Positions 1 through 8,375 of a DNA stretch of 32,000 bases are shown one piece after another (within the stretch, counting starts at the first letter, position 1; each line of letters starts with the position of its first letter). This stretch comes from Corynebacterium amycolatum (GTDB lineage: Bacteria > Actinomycetota > Actinomycetes > Mycobacteriales > Mycobacteriaceae). The DNA lies in the NCBI RefSeq assembly GCF_049243625.1, contig NZ_CP046975.1. One strand, given 5' to 3'. The notes under the pieces were generated by a model. That model was not told the origin of the DNA, made no database searches, and saw nothing but the letters and a program-made list of their open reading frames with translations. The translations under genes were made by a program, and so were the position numbers.

Positions 1-2
1 TC

Positions 3-929
3 GGTGCTCACTATGCGCACTTCGGCGGCAAGTCCCCGCTCAACGATTTAAACCGCGAAATTGTCTCCAACCTTAAGGCTGAGCTCACTCGCCGTGGCTA
101 TGACTTGCCTGTTTATTTCGGGAATCGCAATTGGCATCCGATGGCTGAAGACACCGCGGCAAAGATGGCTGATGACGGCGTTAAGCGAGCGCTCGTTTTC
201 GCCACTAGCGCCTGGGGCGGATACTCCGGCTGCCGCCAGTATCACGAAGACATTGCTCGGATGCGCGAATCTCTGGGCGACCGTGCTTTTGACATGGAGA
301 AAATTCGGAGCTTCTACGATCATCCGCTCTTTATAGAAGCCTATGCAGATGCCGTGCGTGAGGCGTTTGCCAAGCTACCGGATGACCGTCGTGACCAGGC
401 CCGGCTTATTTTCACCGCTCACTCTATTCCGGTCTCTGCGGACAAGGCATCTGGGCCGGTAGAACTCGGCGGAAATCTTTACTCTCGCCAGGTCAACGAA
501 GCAGCGCGGCTGGTCGCCGATGCAGTCGGTATCACCGACTTTGACGTCGTCTGGCAGTCCCGCTCGGGCCCGGAGCACGTGCCGTGGTTGGAGCCTGACA
601 TCGTCGACCACGTTGAAGCGGAGGTCACCCAAGGTCTTCGATCCGCAGTAGTGTGCCCGATTGGCTTCATCTCGGACCATGTTGAGGTCGCCTGGGATTT
701 GGATGCTGAGCTACAGGATGAAATGGCTCATCACGACATAGTCATCGAGCGTGTCGCAACACCTGGCCCGACGGCTACTTTCACTGACATGCTCGTGGAG
801 CTCATCGAAGAGCGCATCGCAGATGCCGAACCCCGCCGCCTGGGAAGTGGACCGCTACTCGGCTCGGCCTGCAACGGCGCCCCCTGCGCCGCATCCTGTT
901 GCACCCCGGCAACGCGCCGCCCACACTGA
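3..929 (+). CDS. hemH: Ferrochelatase (actinobacterial coproporphyrin-type), 5' end cut by window edge
   Basis: Frame 3 is open from base 3 ([14 protein letters not shown]...) and runs into ORF 105..929. Ferrochelatase blocks [13 protein letters not shown] and [12 protein letters not shown] are present. The C-terminal Cys cluster [11 protein letters not shown] resembles [2Fe-2S] actinobacterial enzymes. Confidence 0.9.
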   Translation, partial: GAHYAHFGGKSPLNDLNREIVSNLKAELTRRGYDLPVYFGNRNWHPMAEDTAAKMADDGVKRALVFATSAWGGYSGCRQYHEDIARMRESLGDRAFDMEKIRSFYDHPLFIEAYADAVREAFAKLPDDRRDQARLIFTAHSIPVSADKASGPVELGGNLYSRQVNEAARLVADAVGITDFDVVWQSRSGPEHVPWLEPDIVDHVEAEVTQGLRSAVVCPIGFISDHVEVAWDLDAELQDEMAHHDIVIERVATPGPTATFTDMLVELIEERIADAEPRRLGSGPLLGSACNGAPCAASCCTPATRRPH

Positions 930-969
930 TTCCCTTGGCCTCAATTGGACCGCAGGGCAAGGCAAACCT

Positions 970-1827
970 CTAGCGGGTCCACTCCTGAATCGCGTATTCC
1001 ACCGCGCTCATCCGCGCCTGCCGAATCTTTCGCCACAGCGGGATGAGCTGCGCATCAAACGCGGCGCTGCCGTGCCCCGACTCGCTGCCCTGTGCCACCG
1101 CCAGAATCGACGACACCCGATCAGCTCGGGCGAGCACTCCCAGTGCACGGCGCGGCACATCATCCGGAACAAAAGCCATGTCCAGGTGATCATCAAGCAT
1201 GCCGACCATCAGCCGAGGATCCGCCTTCGGGGTACCACTGCTTGACGACGTCAGCGGTGAACGCGGCATCGCCGCAATAGTGGCAGCCGCAACTCGCGCC
1301 GCATCCGCCAGCTGCAAATCCGCCTCGCCAGGGGAGAGATAGGCCGGCTCCGGGATGTGTCCTTCGAGCGTGTACCAGTGCCACTGCAGCAGACCGGGCA
1401 CCGGCGATGTCACTGGTACGAGCGCATGGTTCCAACCCGGCTCCGCATCCGCAATCACAATGGCTGAGCCTGCTGCGCGTGCGCCCTCAGCGGCGTCGGT
1501 TCCCGCAGGCAGTGCAGGTGCGTCACCGGGTCCGGAGAGAATAAGGCGGACGAGGGGACGATGGTCACTGTGCCAATCTCCCGCGTCAGTAACTGCTCGA
1601 AGAAGGCGGAGCATGTCGCTTCGATCGAGATCAGCGTCGCAATCGATGACATTCGGAACCATGGCGTCGGCAAGCACGAATGTCCCCGGAACTGACGTGG
1701 GCCCGCCGAGCGAATCAAGAGCATCGAGGAGATGATCGTAGTTTTCCAAACCCGACAACCATGCGCCCAGCCAAAGGGCGATGTGCTGAGTTGGACTCCA
1801 GACCTGGTCGAGAACACTGCGCTGCAT
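970..1827 (-). CDS. Conserved hypothetical protein (about 285 aa), no recognisable motif
   Basis: Long ORF 970..1974 on the minus strand. I prefer the ATG at 1827 (MQRSVLDQVW...), which has AGGA about 11 nt upstream; an alternative ATG lies at 1839. Position and length recall Mtb Rv1486c (from memory). Confidence 0.6.
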   Translation of the reverse strand: MQRSVLDQVWSPTQHIALWLGAWLSGLENYDHLLDALDSLGGPTSVPGTFVLADAMVPNVIDCDADLDRSDMLRLLRAVTDAGDWHSDHRPLVRLILSGPGDAPALPAGTDAAEGARAAGSAIVIADAEPGWNHALVPVTSPVPGLLQWHWYTLEGHIPEPAYLSPGEADLQLADAARVAAATIAAMPRSPLTSSSSGTPKADPRLMVGMLDDHLDMAFVPDDVPRRALGVLARADRVSSILAVAQGSESGHGSAAFDAQLIPLWRKIRQARMSAVEYAIQEWTR

Positions 1828-1892
1828 AGTGCAGCTCATCCTAGTGCAGTGTGTCGCCGGTTCCGTAACCCATGCTGTTAATCTCAGTATCC

Positions 1893-2747
1893 ATGAGCTT
1901 TCAAGACCCGTATCGCAATCAGGACGTGTTTGCTGGCGCACGTGGACACCGCCGTCGTATCCCGCAGCCGGCACGCGAGGTAACAGCAGAAAATGGTGTT
2001 GTCGTCGAGGCGTCCTATGACGGATTCGTCGGTGCGATTATCGGGTTAGAGAAAACTTTCGACGGCTGGTGCGTTCGGCTGGAGGACCGCCACGGAAAGT
2101 CGCGGCTGTTTCCCATGCACGAGCGCGGTTTTCTCATCGATGGCAAACCTGTGACTCTGGTACGGCCGAAGGCAGAACCAAAGAAGCCCTCGCAGGATCT
2201 GTCGGCATCGGGCTCGCGCAAGGTCCACAACGTCAAGGCTAAGGTTGCTCTACCCAGCCGTATCTGGGTCGAGGGTATTCATGACGCGGCAATTGTCGAG
2301 AAAGTATGGGGCCACGATCTGCGTGTTGAGGGCGTAGTCGTCGAGTATCTGGAGGGCTTGGACAATCTCCCGGAACGCTTGGCCGAATTTGGTCCGGGTC
2401 CGAAGCGCCGCGTCGGAGTCCTGGCAGACCACTTGGTGGAAAGCAGTAAAGAAAGCCGCATGACTCAGCAGCTCGGCCCGCATGTGATGGTCACTGGCCA
2501 CCCATTTATCGATGTCTGGCAGGCGGTCAAGCCCTCGTCGGTAGGCATTGAAGCATGGCCGGAAGTTCCTTACGGGGAGGACTGGAAGACAGGAATCTGC
2601 CGTCGCTTGGGCTGGGGAGACGACCCCAAGGAGGGCTGGCGACGCGTCTACGCAGGTGTACACACCTACCGCGATCTGGAGTCGGATTTGATTGGTGCAG
2701 TTGAGCGCCTGGTCGACTTCGTCACTGAGCCACATATGCAATACTGA
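1893..2747 (+). CDS. DUF3097-like actinobacterial protein
   Basis: ORF 1872..2747. The segments VVVEASYDGFVGAIIGLEK...VRLEDRHGKSRLFP...FLIDGKPVTLVRP and IWVEGIHDAAIVEKVWGHDLRVEGVVVEYLEG match my recollection of DUF3097. Start is ATG 1893 (MSFQDPY) or ATG 1872; neither has a clear SD. Confidence 0.65.
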   Translation: MSFQDPYRNQDVFAGARGHRRRIPQPAREVTAENGVVVEASYDGFVGAIIGLEKTFDGWCVRLEDRHGKSRLFPMHERGFLIDGKPVTLVRPKAEPKKPSQDLSASGSRKVHNVKAKVALPSRIWVEGIHDAAIVEKVWGHDLRVEGVVVEYLEGLDNLPERLAEFGPGPKRRVGVLADHLVESSKESRMTQQLGPHVMVTGHPFIDVWQAVKPSSVGIEAWPEVPYGEDWKTGICRRLGWGDDPKEGWRRVYAGVHTYRDLESDLIGAVERLVDFVTEPHMQY

Positions 2748-2807
2748 TCCCGAAATACTGGCTCCACTCGCTCCACATTTGTTCTCCAAAGTAGGTAGGG
2801 TGAGGGC

Positions 2808-3245
2808 GTGATTTCTCTCCTTTGGCTCGGAGCAAGCCTCCTACTGGTTCTCGGTGAACTCGCGGTCGGAGATTTAGCACTGTTAATGCTCGGAGGTGGT
2901 GCGCTGGCCGCGTCCGGTGCGAGCCAGCTTGGAGCGCCGCTTTGGCTGTCAGTGGTTATCTTCGCCGTTGTGTCCGCCGCACTTGTGCTGACAGTTCGCC
3001 CTGTGTTGCGCAAGAAGATGGCAAAACCGGACAAGTCCGCCGAACTGGAGTCGCGTCCGGAACTGCTAGCGGGCCGTCATGCTGAGGTCATCGAGCCAGT
3101 TTCCTCGTCAGCGGGTCTGATTAAGGTCAATGGCGAGTTGTGGAGCGCGCGCAGTCTTCTGACTGCTCAGACCTTCGATGCGAAGGAAAGAGTCACGATT
3201 GTAGAGATTTCGGGCAATACCGCAGTAGTGGACAAGCTGCTCTGA
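2808..3245 (+). CDS. NfeD-family membrane protein (short form, C-terminal OB-like domain)
   Basis: GTG start. The N-terminal half is hydrophobic, about 2-3 TM segments by eye. The C-terminal segment GLIKVNGELWSARS...ERVTIVEISGNTAVV is typical of NfeD. It lies immediately upstream of an SPFH gene, the classical pairing. Confidence 0.8.
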   Translation: MISLLWLGASLLLVLGELAVGDLALLMLGGGALAASGASQLGAPLWLSVVIFAVVSAALVLTVRPVLRKKMAKPDKSAELESRPELLAGRHAEVIEPVSSSAGLIKVNGELWSARSLLTAQTFDAKERVTIVEISGNTAVVDKLL

Positions 3246-3336
3246 GCAGTCAACTCACTTAAAGGGCGCTCGGAGCACTCTTAGTTACTGACCATCAAAT
3301 AACTGACCACACAGTTTCTAGCTACGAGGGAATACC

Positions 3337-4719
3337 ATGGAAGGCTTTATCATCCTCGTCGTTTTCATTCTCGTGGTTGTTACCTTGGTTCTCAAAGCGA
3401 TTGTGCTGGTCCCTCAGGGTGAAGCGGCAATCGTAGAGCGACTGGGACGATACACGCAGACACTGAATAGCGGCCTGAACTTCATCATCCCGATTATTGA
3501 CCGAGTGCGCGAGAAGGTTGATACCCGTGAGCGTATGGTTACCTTTCCGCCACAGGCAGTGATCACCGAAGACAACCTGACTGTGGCTATCGATACCGTC
3601 GTGACCTTCCAGGTCAACGAACCGGATCGGGCGATTTACGGTATCGACGACTACATCTTCGGTGTCGAACAGATCACTACCGCAACGCTTCGCGACGTCG
3701 TGGGTGGTCTGACCCTGGAAGAGACACTGACTTCCCGTGACTACATCAACCGCCGTCTGCGCGGCGAGCTGGACGAGGCCACTGCCAAGTGGGGTCTTCG
3801 TATCGCTCGTGTGGAGCTGAAGGCTATTGAGCCGCCACCGTCGATTCAGCAGTCGATGGAAAAGCAGATGAAGGCCGATCGCGAGAAGCGCGCCATGATT
3901 CTGACTGCGGAAGGTACCCGCGAAGCCGATATTAAAACTGCTGAGGGCCGTAAGCAGGCACAGATTCTGGCCGCCGAGGGTAACAAGCACGCAGCAATTC
4001 TGGCTGCTGAAGCTGAGCGTCAGGCAACCATTCTGCGCGCTGAGGGTACTCGCGCCGCTACCTACCTTGAGGCACAGGGTAATGCTCGCGCTATCCAGAA
4101 GGTCAACGCCGCTGTCAAGGCTTCACAGTTGACACCTGAGATTCTTGCCTGGCAGTACCTGGAGAAGCTACCTGAGCTGGCAAATAAGGACGGCAATACT
4201 GTTTGGATGATTCCGTCGCAGTTCGGTGACAGCCTCGAGAGCTTCGCCAGGGCTTTCGGCAAGAAGGATGCCGACGGTGTCTTCCGCTATGAGCCTCCAG
4301 CCGTGAGCCGAGAGACCAAGGAAGAAGCTGAGCAGGGCCGCGATGAGAACTGGTTCGACATGTCGACCAACCCGGAGTTGGCTCGTGCGGTTGCCGCGGC
4401 GAACGAGGTCGCTAACCGCCCGGTTGATGATCCGGTAGCTGCAGCAGCTGGTAATACCCCTGAGAGGAAGAAGAACCGCCGCGCCGAGTCGGCTCAGCCC
4501 ACTCAGCCTGAACAGTTGGGTGGCCAGAACCGCCCGGCAGCGGTTGAACCTGCAACACCGGATGCACCGGCTGCACCGTCAGTTCCCTCCGGCAAACGTG
4601 ACCTGCCCTCGGCTCCTGGTACCGGTAATACCACTGCAGGCGGCGGTGCCCACTCCACCGATCGTCCAGATTTTTCAGGATGGTCACGTGACCCTTACGC
4701 CCCAGAAAATGGGCAGTAA
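3337..4719 (+). CDS. SPFH/band-7 (stomatin/flotillin-like) membrane protein with long low-complexity tail
   Basis: GAGGGA SD lies 6 nt before the ATG. N-terminal TM segment, then an SPFH core (VPQGEAAIVERLGRY...TEDNLTVAIDTVVTFQV). This is followed by an AEG/A-rich coiled-coil repeat region and about 150 aa of Pro/Ala/Gly-rich tail. Confidence 0.9.
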   Translation: MEGFIILVVFILVVVTLVLKAIVLVPQGEAAIVERLGRYTQTLNSGLNFIIPIIDRVREKVDTRERMVTFPPQAVITEDNLTVAIDTVVTFQVNEPDRAIYGIDDYIFGVEQITTATLRDVVGGLTLEETLTSRDYINRRLRGELDEATAKWGLRIARVELKAIEPPPSIQQSMEKQMKADREKRAMILTAEGTREADIKTAEGRKQAQILAAEGNKHAAILAAEAERQATILRAEGTRAATYLEAQGNARAIQKVNAAVKASQLTPEILAWQYLEKLPELANKDGNTVWMIPSQFGDSLESFARAFGKKDADGVFRYEPPAVSRETKEEAEQGRDENWFDMSTNPELARAVAAANEVANRPVDDPVAAAAGNTPERKKNRRAESAQPTQPEQLGGQNRPAAVEPATPDAPAAPSVPSGKRDLPSAPGTGNTTAGGGAHSTDRPDFSGWSRDPYAPENGQ

Positions 4720-4723
4720 GTTT

Positions 4724-5296
4724 TTATAACTCGTCAGCTCGCTGAAGCAGGTGGACGGCCAGGTCCCACCCGGCCAGCTCCGCCTGCCAGCCAGCTGCTG
4801 CGAGGCGCTGATTGACGGCCTGCTTAGAAACTCCCAATTCTTCCGCGGCCTCTACCTGTGAATAACCAGCGCGAACCAAACCAGTTGCCTCGCGCCCTTC
4901 GGGGGACCTGCGAGAGATAACGTGGTGCAGCAATGTGAATGCTGCGCCAATATCCTCCGAGTAGTCCTTACCGCGCGGATTGTTAGTCCGAATGCGGGTT
5001 TTTACCGTGCCAGCTCTGCCTCCCTTACCGATGACTGAGCTCGATGCCAGATGCGCTTGCTCAATGTTGTCCTGAGGACAAACACCGATACCTACTGCCC
5101 AGTCACCTGCGGCCAATAGCGCCAGCACAAGCGTGGTGACTCCCACAGCATTTTCAGGAGCTGCGCGAAGCTCTTCGATACCTGCAACCTCAACAGTTCC
5201 TACGCCTTCCAGGCCGGAAAGTGCCTGCGCAGAGGCCTGAACGTGATCTGCCCTGCGAGTAGATCGACCGCGATACCTAGCAAAGACTGAGTACAT
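4724..5296 (-). CDS. DNA-binding protein with C-terminal helix-turn-helix (possibly SatD-like architecture)
   Basis: 190-aa ORF. The C-terminal segment GYSQVEAAEELGVSKQAVNQRLAAAG is a clear HTH. The N-terminal domain is unassigned. Confidence 0.7.
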   Translation of the reverse strand: MYSVFARYRGRSTRRADHVQASAQALSGLEGVGTVEVAGIEELRAAPENAVGVTTLVLALLAAGDWAVGIGVCPQDNIEQAHLASSSVIGKGGRAGTVKTRIRTNNPRGKDYSEDIGAAFTLLHHVISRRSPEGREATGLVRAGYSQVEAAEELGVSKQAVNQRLAAAGWQAELAGWDLAVHLLQRADEL

Positions 5297-5303
5297 ACGT
5301 TCT

Positions 5304-5309
5304 AGTCTA
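5304..5309 (-). promoter_or_regulatory. Candidate -10 hexamer (TAGACT) for a leaderless transcript of the HTH gene
   Basis: The minus strand reads TAGACT-agaacgt-ATG. The TANNNT hexamer ends 7 nt before the start codon and there is no SD. This geometry is typical of actinobacterial leaderless mRNAs. Confidence 0.3.
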
Positions 5310-5424
5310 GCCCCACCCCTTGACAGTTGGGCTAAGACACGTTCATTCCCTCCGCAAACTCACGGGCAACCAACACCAGCCCGCCGAAAAACTCACGTCT
5401 AGTTCAAGAGCGCTAAGCGGTGTT

Positions 5425-6096
5425 TTAACGTTTCGAAGAACCGGTTACGACAGGGAACTTGGCGTCCGCAAGAAGTCCCAGCAGGCCAAGCACGAGCAGA
5501 ATTCCCGTGGCCACCGCAAAGCGCACGTCGAAGCCGACCAACAGCGCGTCGCCAAGCAAAACGACGGCGAGTGTGTTCGGCGCCGAACCCAGGGCAGTGG
5601 CGATGATATACGGCACGGTGCGTATCGACGACAGCCCACAGGCGTAGTTGAGAAACGAAAATGGCACGCCAGCAATCATGCGCAAGCTGAGCACTGTGAG
5701 CCAGCCGCGTTGTTCCAACCGGTGGTCGAGACTGAGGAGACGGCGGTTAGTCAGGTGCGTGCGAAACCAGTCGCGTCCCAAAAACCGCACAATCCAGAGG
5801 GAGAGAAGGCCAGACACCGTGGTCGCAGTAATTGCGAGCAGGAAACCTAGCATTGGTCCGAAGAGGATTCCGGAAGCCAAAGTGAATACGGTGCGGGGGA
5901 TTGGAAACTGAGTCAGTGCAACGTATGCGAGAAAGTAGAGGAGAGGGAACCAGTCACCGGCATCGATGGACCACTGCCGGATGGTAGCGACGGTGGGAAC
6001 ATCGACGTACAGCGTGACGACGACCCCCACACCTACGGCTAGCACCAGCAGAACCTTTTTGAGTGTAGGGGTAATTCGCACATCTGATACGTTCAC
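5425..6096 (-). CDS. TVP38/TMEM64 (DedA/SNARE-associated) family membrane protein
   Basis: GTG start; polytopic membrane protein. The segment FPIPRTVFTLASGILFGPMLGFLLAITATTVSGLLSLWIVRFLGRDW is typical of the family. It occupies the same position as Mtb Rv1491c upstream of mutA (from memory). Confidence 0.85.
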   Translation of the reverse strand: MNVSDVRITPTLKKVLLVLAVGVGVVVTLYVDVPTVATIRQWSIDAGDWFPLLYFLAYVALTQFPIPRTVFTLASGILFGPMLGFLLAITATTVSGLLSLWIVRFLGRDWFRTHLTNRRLLSLDHRLEQRGWLTVLSLRMIAGVPFSFLNYACGLSSIRTVPYIIATALGSAPNTLAVVLLGDALLVGFDVRFAVATGILLVLGLLGLLADAKFPVVTGSSKR

Positions 6097-6482
6097 CCAT
6101 TTGAGGTTACCGGGGATTGCGGAGAAGCGTGTGACCTGCGAGTTGGGGGCTCTGCAAGGAGGGCGAATCAGTGGCTAAAGGCGTTTGCCCTTTATTTCAC
6201 TAGGATGGGAGTCAAGGTCACTATGCCTTGGCTCGAGCACTTGACGTGCCCGTCAGCACAAAACCGAACGTAAGGGTATTGCACAAGTAGCTGAAAAGTT
6301 CAGTGCACGGACACTCGGGTGAGTCTTAGCGTCTGACTAGTGGCTCTTATTGACTATTGGAGGAAGCCAACGCCTTTAGATCCCTTTCCGTCGCGGAGAA
6401 TTCGGAAATTGTCGCAACCGAATATCCTCGGCCATGGATTGATGGGGGCGTTGCTTAGAACATGTAAGGGAGAAGGTCTGTC

Positions 6483-8375
6483 GTGACTGACCGAACGACC
6501 CCCGAATCACCTTCCACGCTGCCACCAAACTTCGAGGAATTGCAGAATTCCTGGTATCAGGGCGTGGCCAAGGTATTCGCGCGGGTGCACAAGCAAGACG
6601 TTGCAGATGTACCGCTCGATATTTGGAAACGACTGATTCAGACCACCTACGACGGTGTCGATGTCCGTCCGCTCTACACCCGCGCGGATGAGCATGCGGA
6701 AAGCCCAGCTCCGGGTCAGTTCCCATTCGTCCGTGGCGCAAAGGTCACTTCGGACAACACCAACGGTTGGGGCGTTCGAGAGACCTTCAGTCGCCAATAC
6801 CCGGGTGAGGATGCCCTTGACCCAAAGGCCGTCAACGAGACTCTGCTGACTGCCCTGGAAAACGGCACCACGGACATCCGCCTGGACTTCACCGGCTCCC
6901 TCGAAGCCGCTGACGTGCCAGCTCTGCTTAACAATGTCTACCTCGACCTTGCTCCGATTGCCGTACATGCTGGTAAGAAGACTGCACAGGTTGCGGAAGC
7001 ACTGACGTCCTACATCGAGCAGGTAAACCCGACTAATCCGGACAACATCGCAGTAGAGCTTTCTGCAGCTCCGCTGACCTCTGCTTTTGCCGGTATTGAT
7101 GATGTTTCTCTCGACGAGGCCATTCAGCTGGCCGTCAAGGCAGCTAAGCAGCCGGGCGACGTCCGCGCCCTGCTTGTCGACGGCGTTGTTTTCTCCAACT
7201 TGGGTGCAAACAACATCCAGGAGATCGGCTACAGCCTCGCCGTTGGTGTCGCCTACCTGCGTGCGCTGACTAAAGCGGGCTTGAGCGCTGAAGAAGCGCT
7301 CGGCCAGATTTCTTTCCGCTTTGCCGCTACCGACGACCAGTTCGACACCATTGCGAAGTTCCGCGCCGCTCGCGTTCTGTGGGCCCGCGTTGCTGAGGTC
7401 ATCGGTGCCCCTGAATCTGGCCGCGCTCCGATGCACGCCGTGACAGCCCCGGTCATGTTCAGCCAGCGCGATCCGTGGGTCAACATGCTGCGTGTAACTG
7501 TCGCCTCCTTCGCCGCAGGTGTCGGCGGTGCTTCCTCAGTTGAGGTTCTGCCGTTTGATTACGCAGTTGTCGGCGGCATGCCGAACGTCTCCAAGACTTT
7601 CAAGGCTCGCATCGCTCGCAACACCAACCTGTTGCTGCTGGAAGAGTCTCACCTTGGTTACGTCGCCGACCCAGCAGGTGGCTCCTACTTCGTGGAGGAC
7701 CTGACCGAGGAAATGGCCGACAAGGCGTGGGAGATCTTCACCGGCACTGAGGCCGCCGGCGGTTTCACCTCCGCAGAGGCCGATATTCGCACCGCCCTGG
7801 ACGCTACCTGGGAAAAGCGCCGCGCCGATATCGCGCATCGCCGCACCAAGGTCACCGCTATCAACGAGTTCCCGAACCTGGCTGAAGCCCCACTGGCTCC
7901 CGAGGCTCGCCCGGAGGGCGATCCGATTCGCCGTTGGGCACGCGACTTCGAGGCGCTGCGCAACCGCTCCGATGACTTCCTGGCTGAAAAGGGCAACCGT
8001 CCGCTGATTGCCATGCTGCCGCTGGGTCCGCTGGCCAAGCACAACATCCGCACTGGTTTTACCTCCAACCTGCTGGCTTCCGGCGGTATCGCCGTCGCTA
8101 ACCCCGGCCAGGTTGTGCCGGGCGAGGCCGGTTTCGAAGAGGCAGTGAAGGCCTCTCCGATTGTCGTGCTGTGCGCAGCCGACAGCGAGTACGAGACCTC
8201 GGGCCAGGACGCTGTCAAGGCCGCCCGCGCCGCAGGCGCTAAGGAGGTCCTGGTGGCCGGCTCCGAGAAGAGCTTCGCTAATGCCGCTGAAGACGCTCGC
8301 CCCGACGGATACCTGAACATGACCATCGATGCTGTCGCGGAGCTGTCCCGACTGCTGAACGAACTGGGAGCGTGA
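6483..8375 (+). CDS. mutA: Methylmalonyl-CoA mutase, small (beta) subunit
   Basis: GTG start with GGGAGAAGG SD 6 nt upstream; 630 aa. Methylmalonyl-CoA mutase-like fold without the DxHxxG B12 ligand motif. Overlaps the mutB start. Confidence 0.92.
   Translation: MTDRTTPESPSTLPPNFEELQNSWYQGVAKVFARVHKQDVADVPLDIWKRLIQTTYDGVDVRPLYTRADEHAESPAPGQFPFVRGAKVTSDNTNGWGVRETFSRQYPGEDALDPKAVNETLLTALENGTTDIRLDFTGSLEAADVPALLNNVYLDLAPIAVHAGKKTAQVAEALTSYIEQVNPTNPDNIAVELSAAPLTSAFAGIDDVSLDEAIQLAVKAAKQPGDVRALLVDGVVFSNLGANNIQEIGYSLAVGVAYLRALTKAGLSAEEALGQISFRFAATDDQFDTIAKFRAARVLWARVAEVIGAPESGRAPMHAVTAPVMFSQRDPWVNMLRVTVASFAAGVGGASSVEVLPFDYAVVGGMPNVSKTFKARIARNTNLLLLEESHLGYVADPAGGSYFVEDLTEEMADKAWEIFTGTEAAGGFTSAEADIRTALDATWEKRRADIAHRRTKVTAINEFPNLAEAPLAPEARPEGDPIRRWARDFEALRNRSDDFLAEKGNRPLIAMLPLGPLAKHNIRTGFTSNLLASGGIAVANPGQVVPGEAGFEEAVKASPIVVLCAADSEYETSGQDAVKAARAAGAKEVLVAGSEKSFANAAEDARPDGYLNMTIDAVAELSRLLNELGA

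Noticed and set aside
751-1245. Numerous 60-190-aa overlapping or alternative-frame ORFs, for example 751..1245, 5320..5850, 14894..15262, 17679..18335, 18516..19487 and 26135..26719.
   Set aside because: All lie inside or antisense to strongly supported genes. They encode Arg/Pro/Ser/Ala-rich low-complexity sequence typical of off-frame translation in GC-rich DNA, and they lack start-site signals.
3287-3309. An 8-bp direct repeat ACTGACCA x2 between NfeD and SPFH. A similar near-repeat, TGACTA(G/T)TGG x2, lies at 6334..6360.
   Set aside because: Nearby 8-mer repeats, or 9-of-10 matches, are expected more than 10 times per window by chance. There is no supporting motif knowledge.
6169-6175. 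A GCCACTG (B12-box-like core) on the minus strand upstream of the TVP38 gene, near the B12-dependent mutAB operon, raised the possibility of a cobalamin riboswitch.
   Set aside because: I could not find the other conserved cobalamin-riboswitch elements on either strand (GGGAA...GGTG..AA.TCC, the AGCCAGGAGACC-type box, or the expected helices). A 7-mer alone is expected by chance. B12 riboswitches normally control transport, biosynthesis or B12-independent isozymes, not mutAB.
6175-6379. An 11-bp inverted repeat (ctaaaggcgtt / aacgcctttag) enclosing 183 nt of the mutA upstream region, which could be a closing helix of a structured RNA or MITE ends.
   Set aside because: By rough estimate, about 2 such 11-bp inverted repeats within 300 bp are expected per 32 kb by chance. 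There are no target-site duplication or terminal features of a mobile element.
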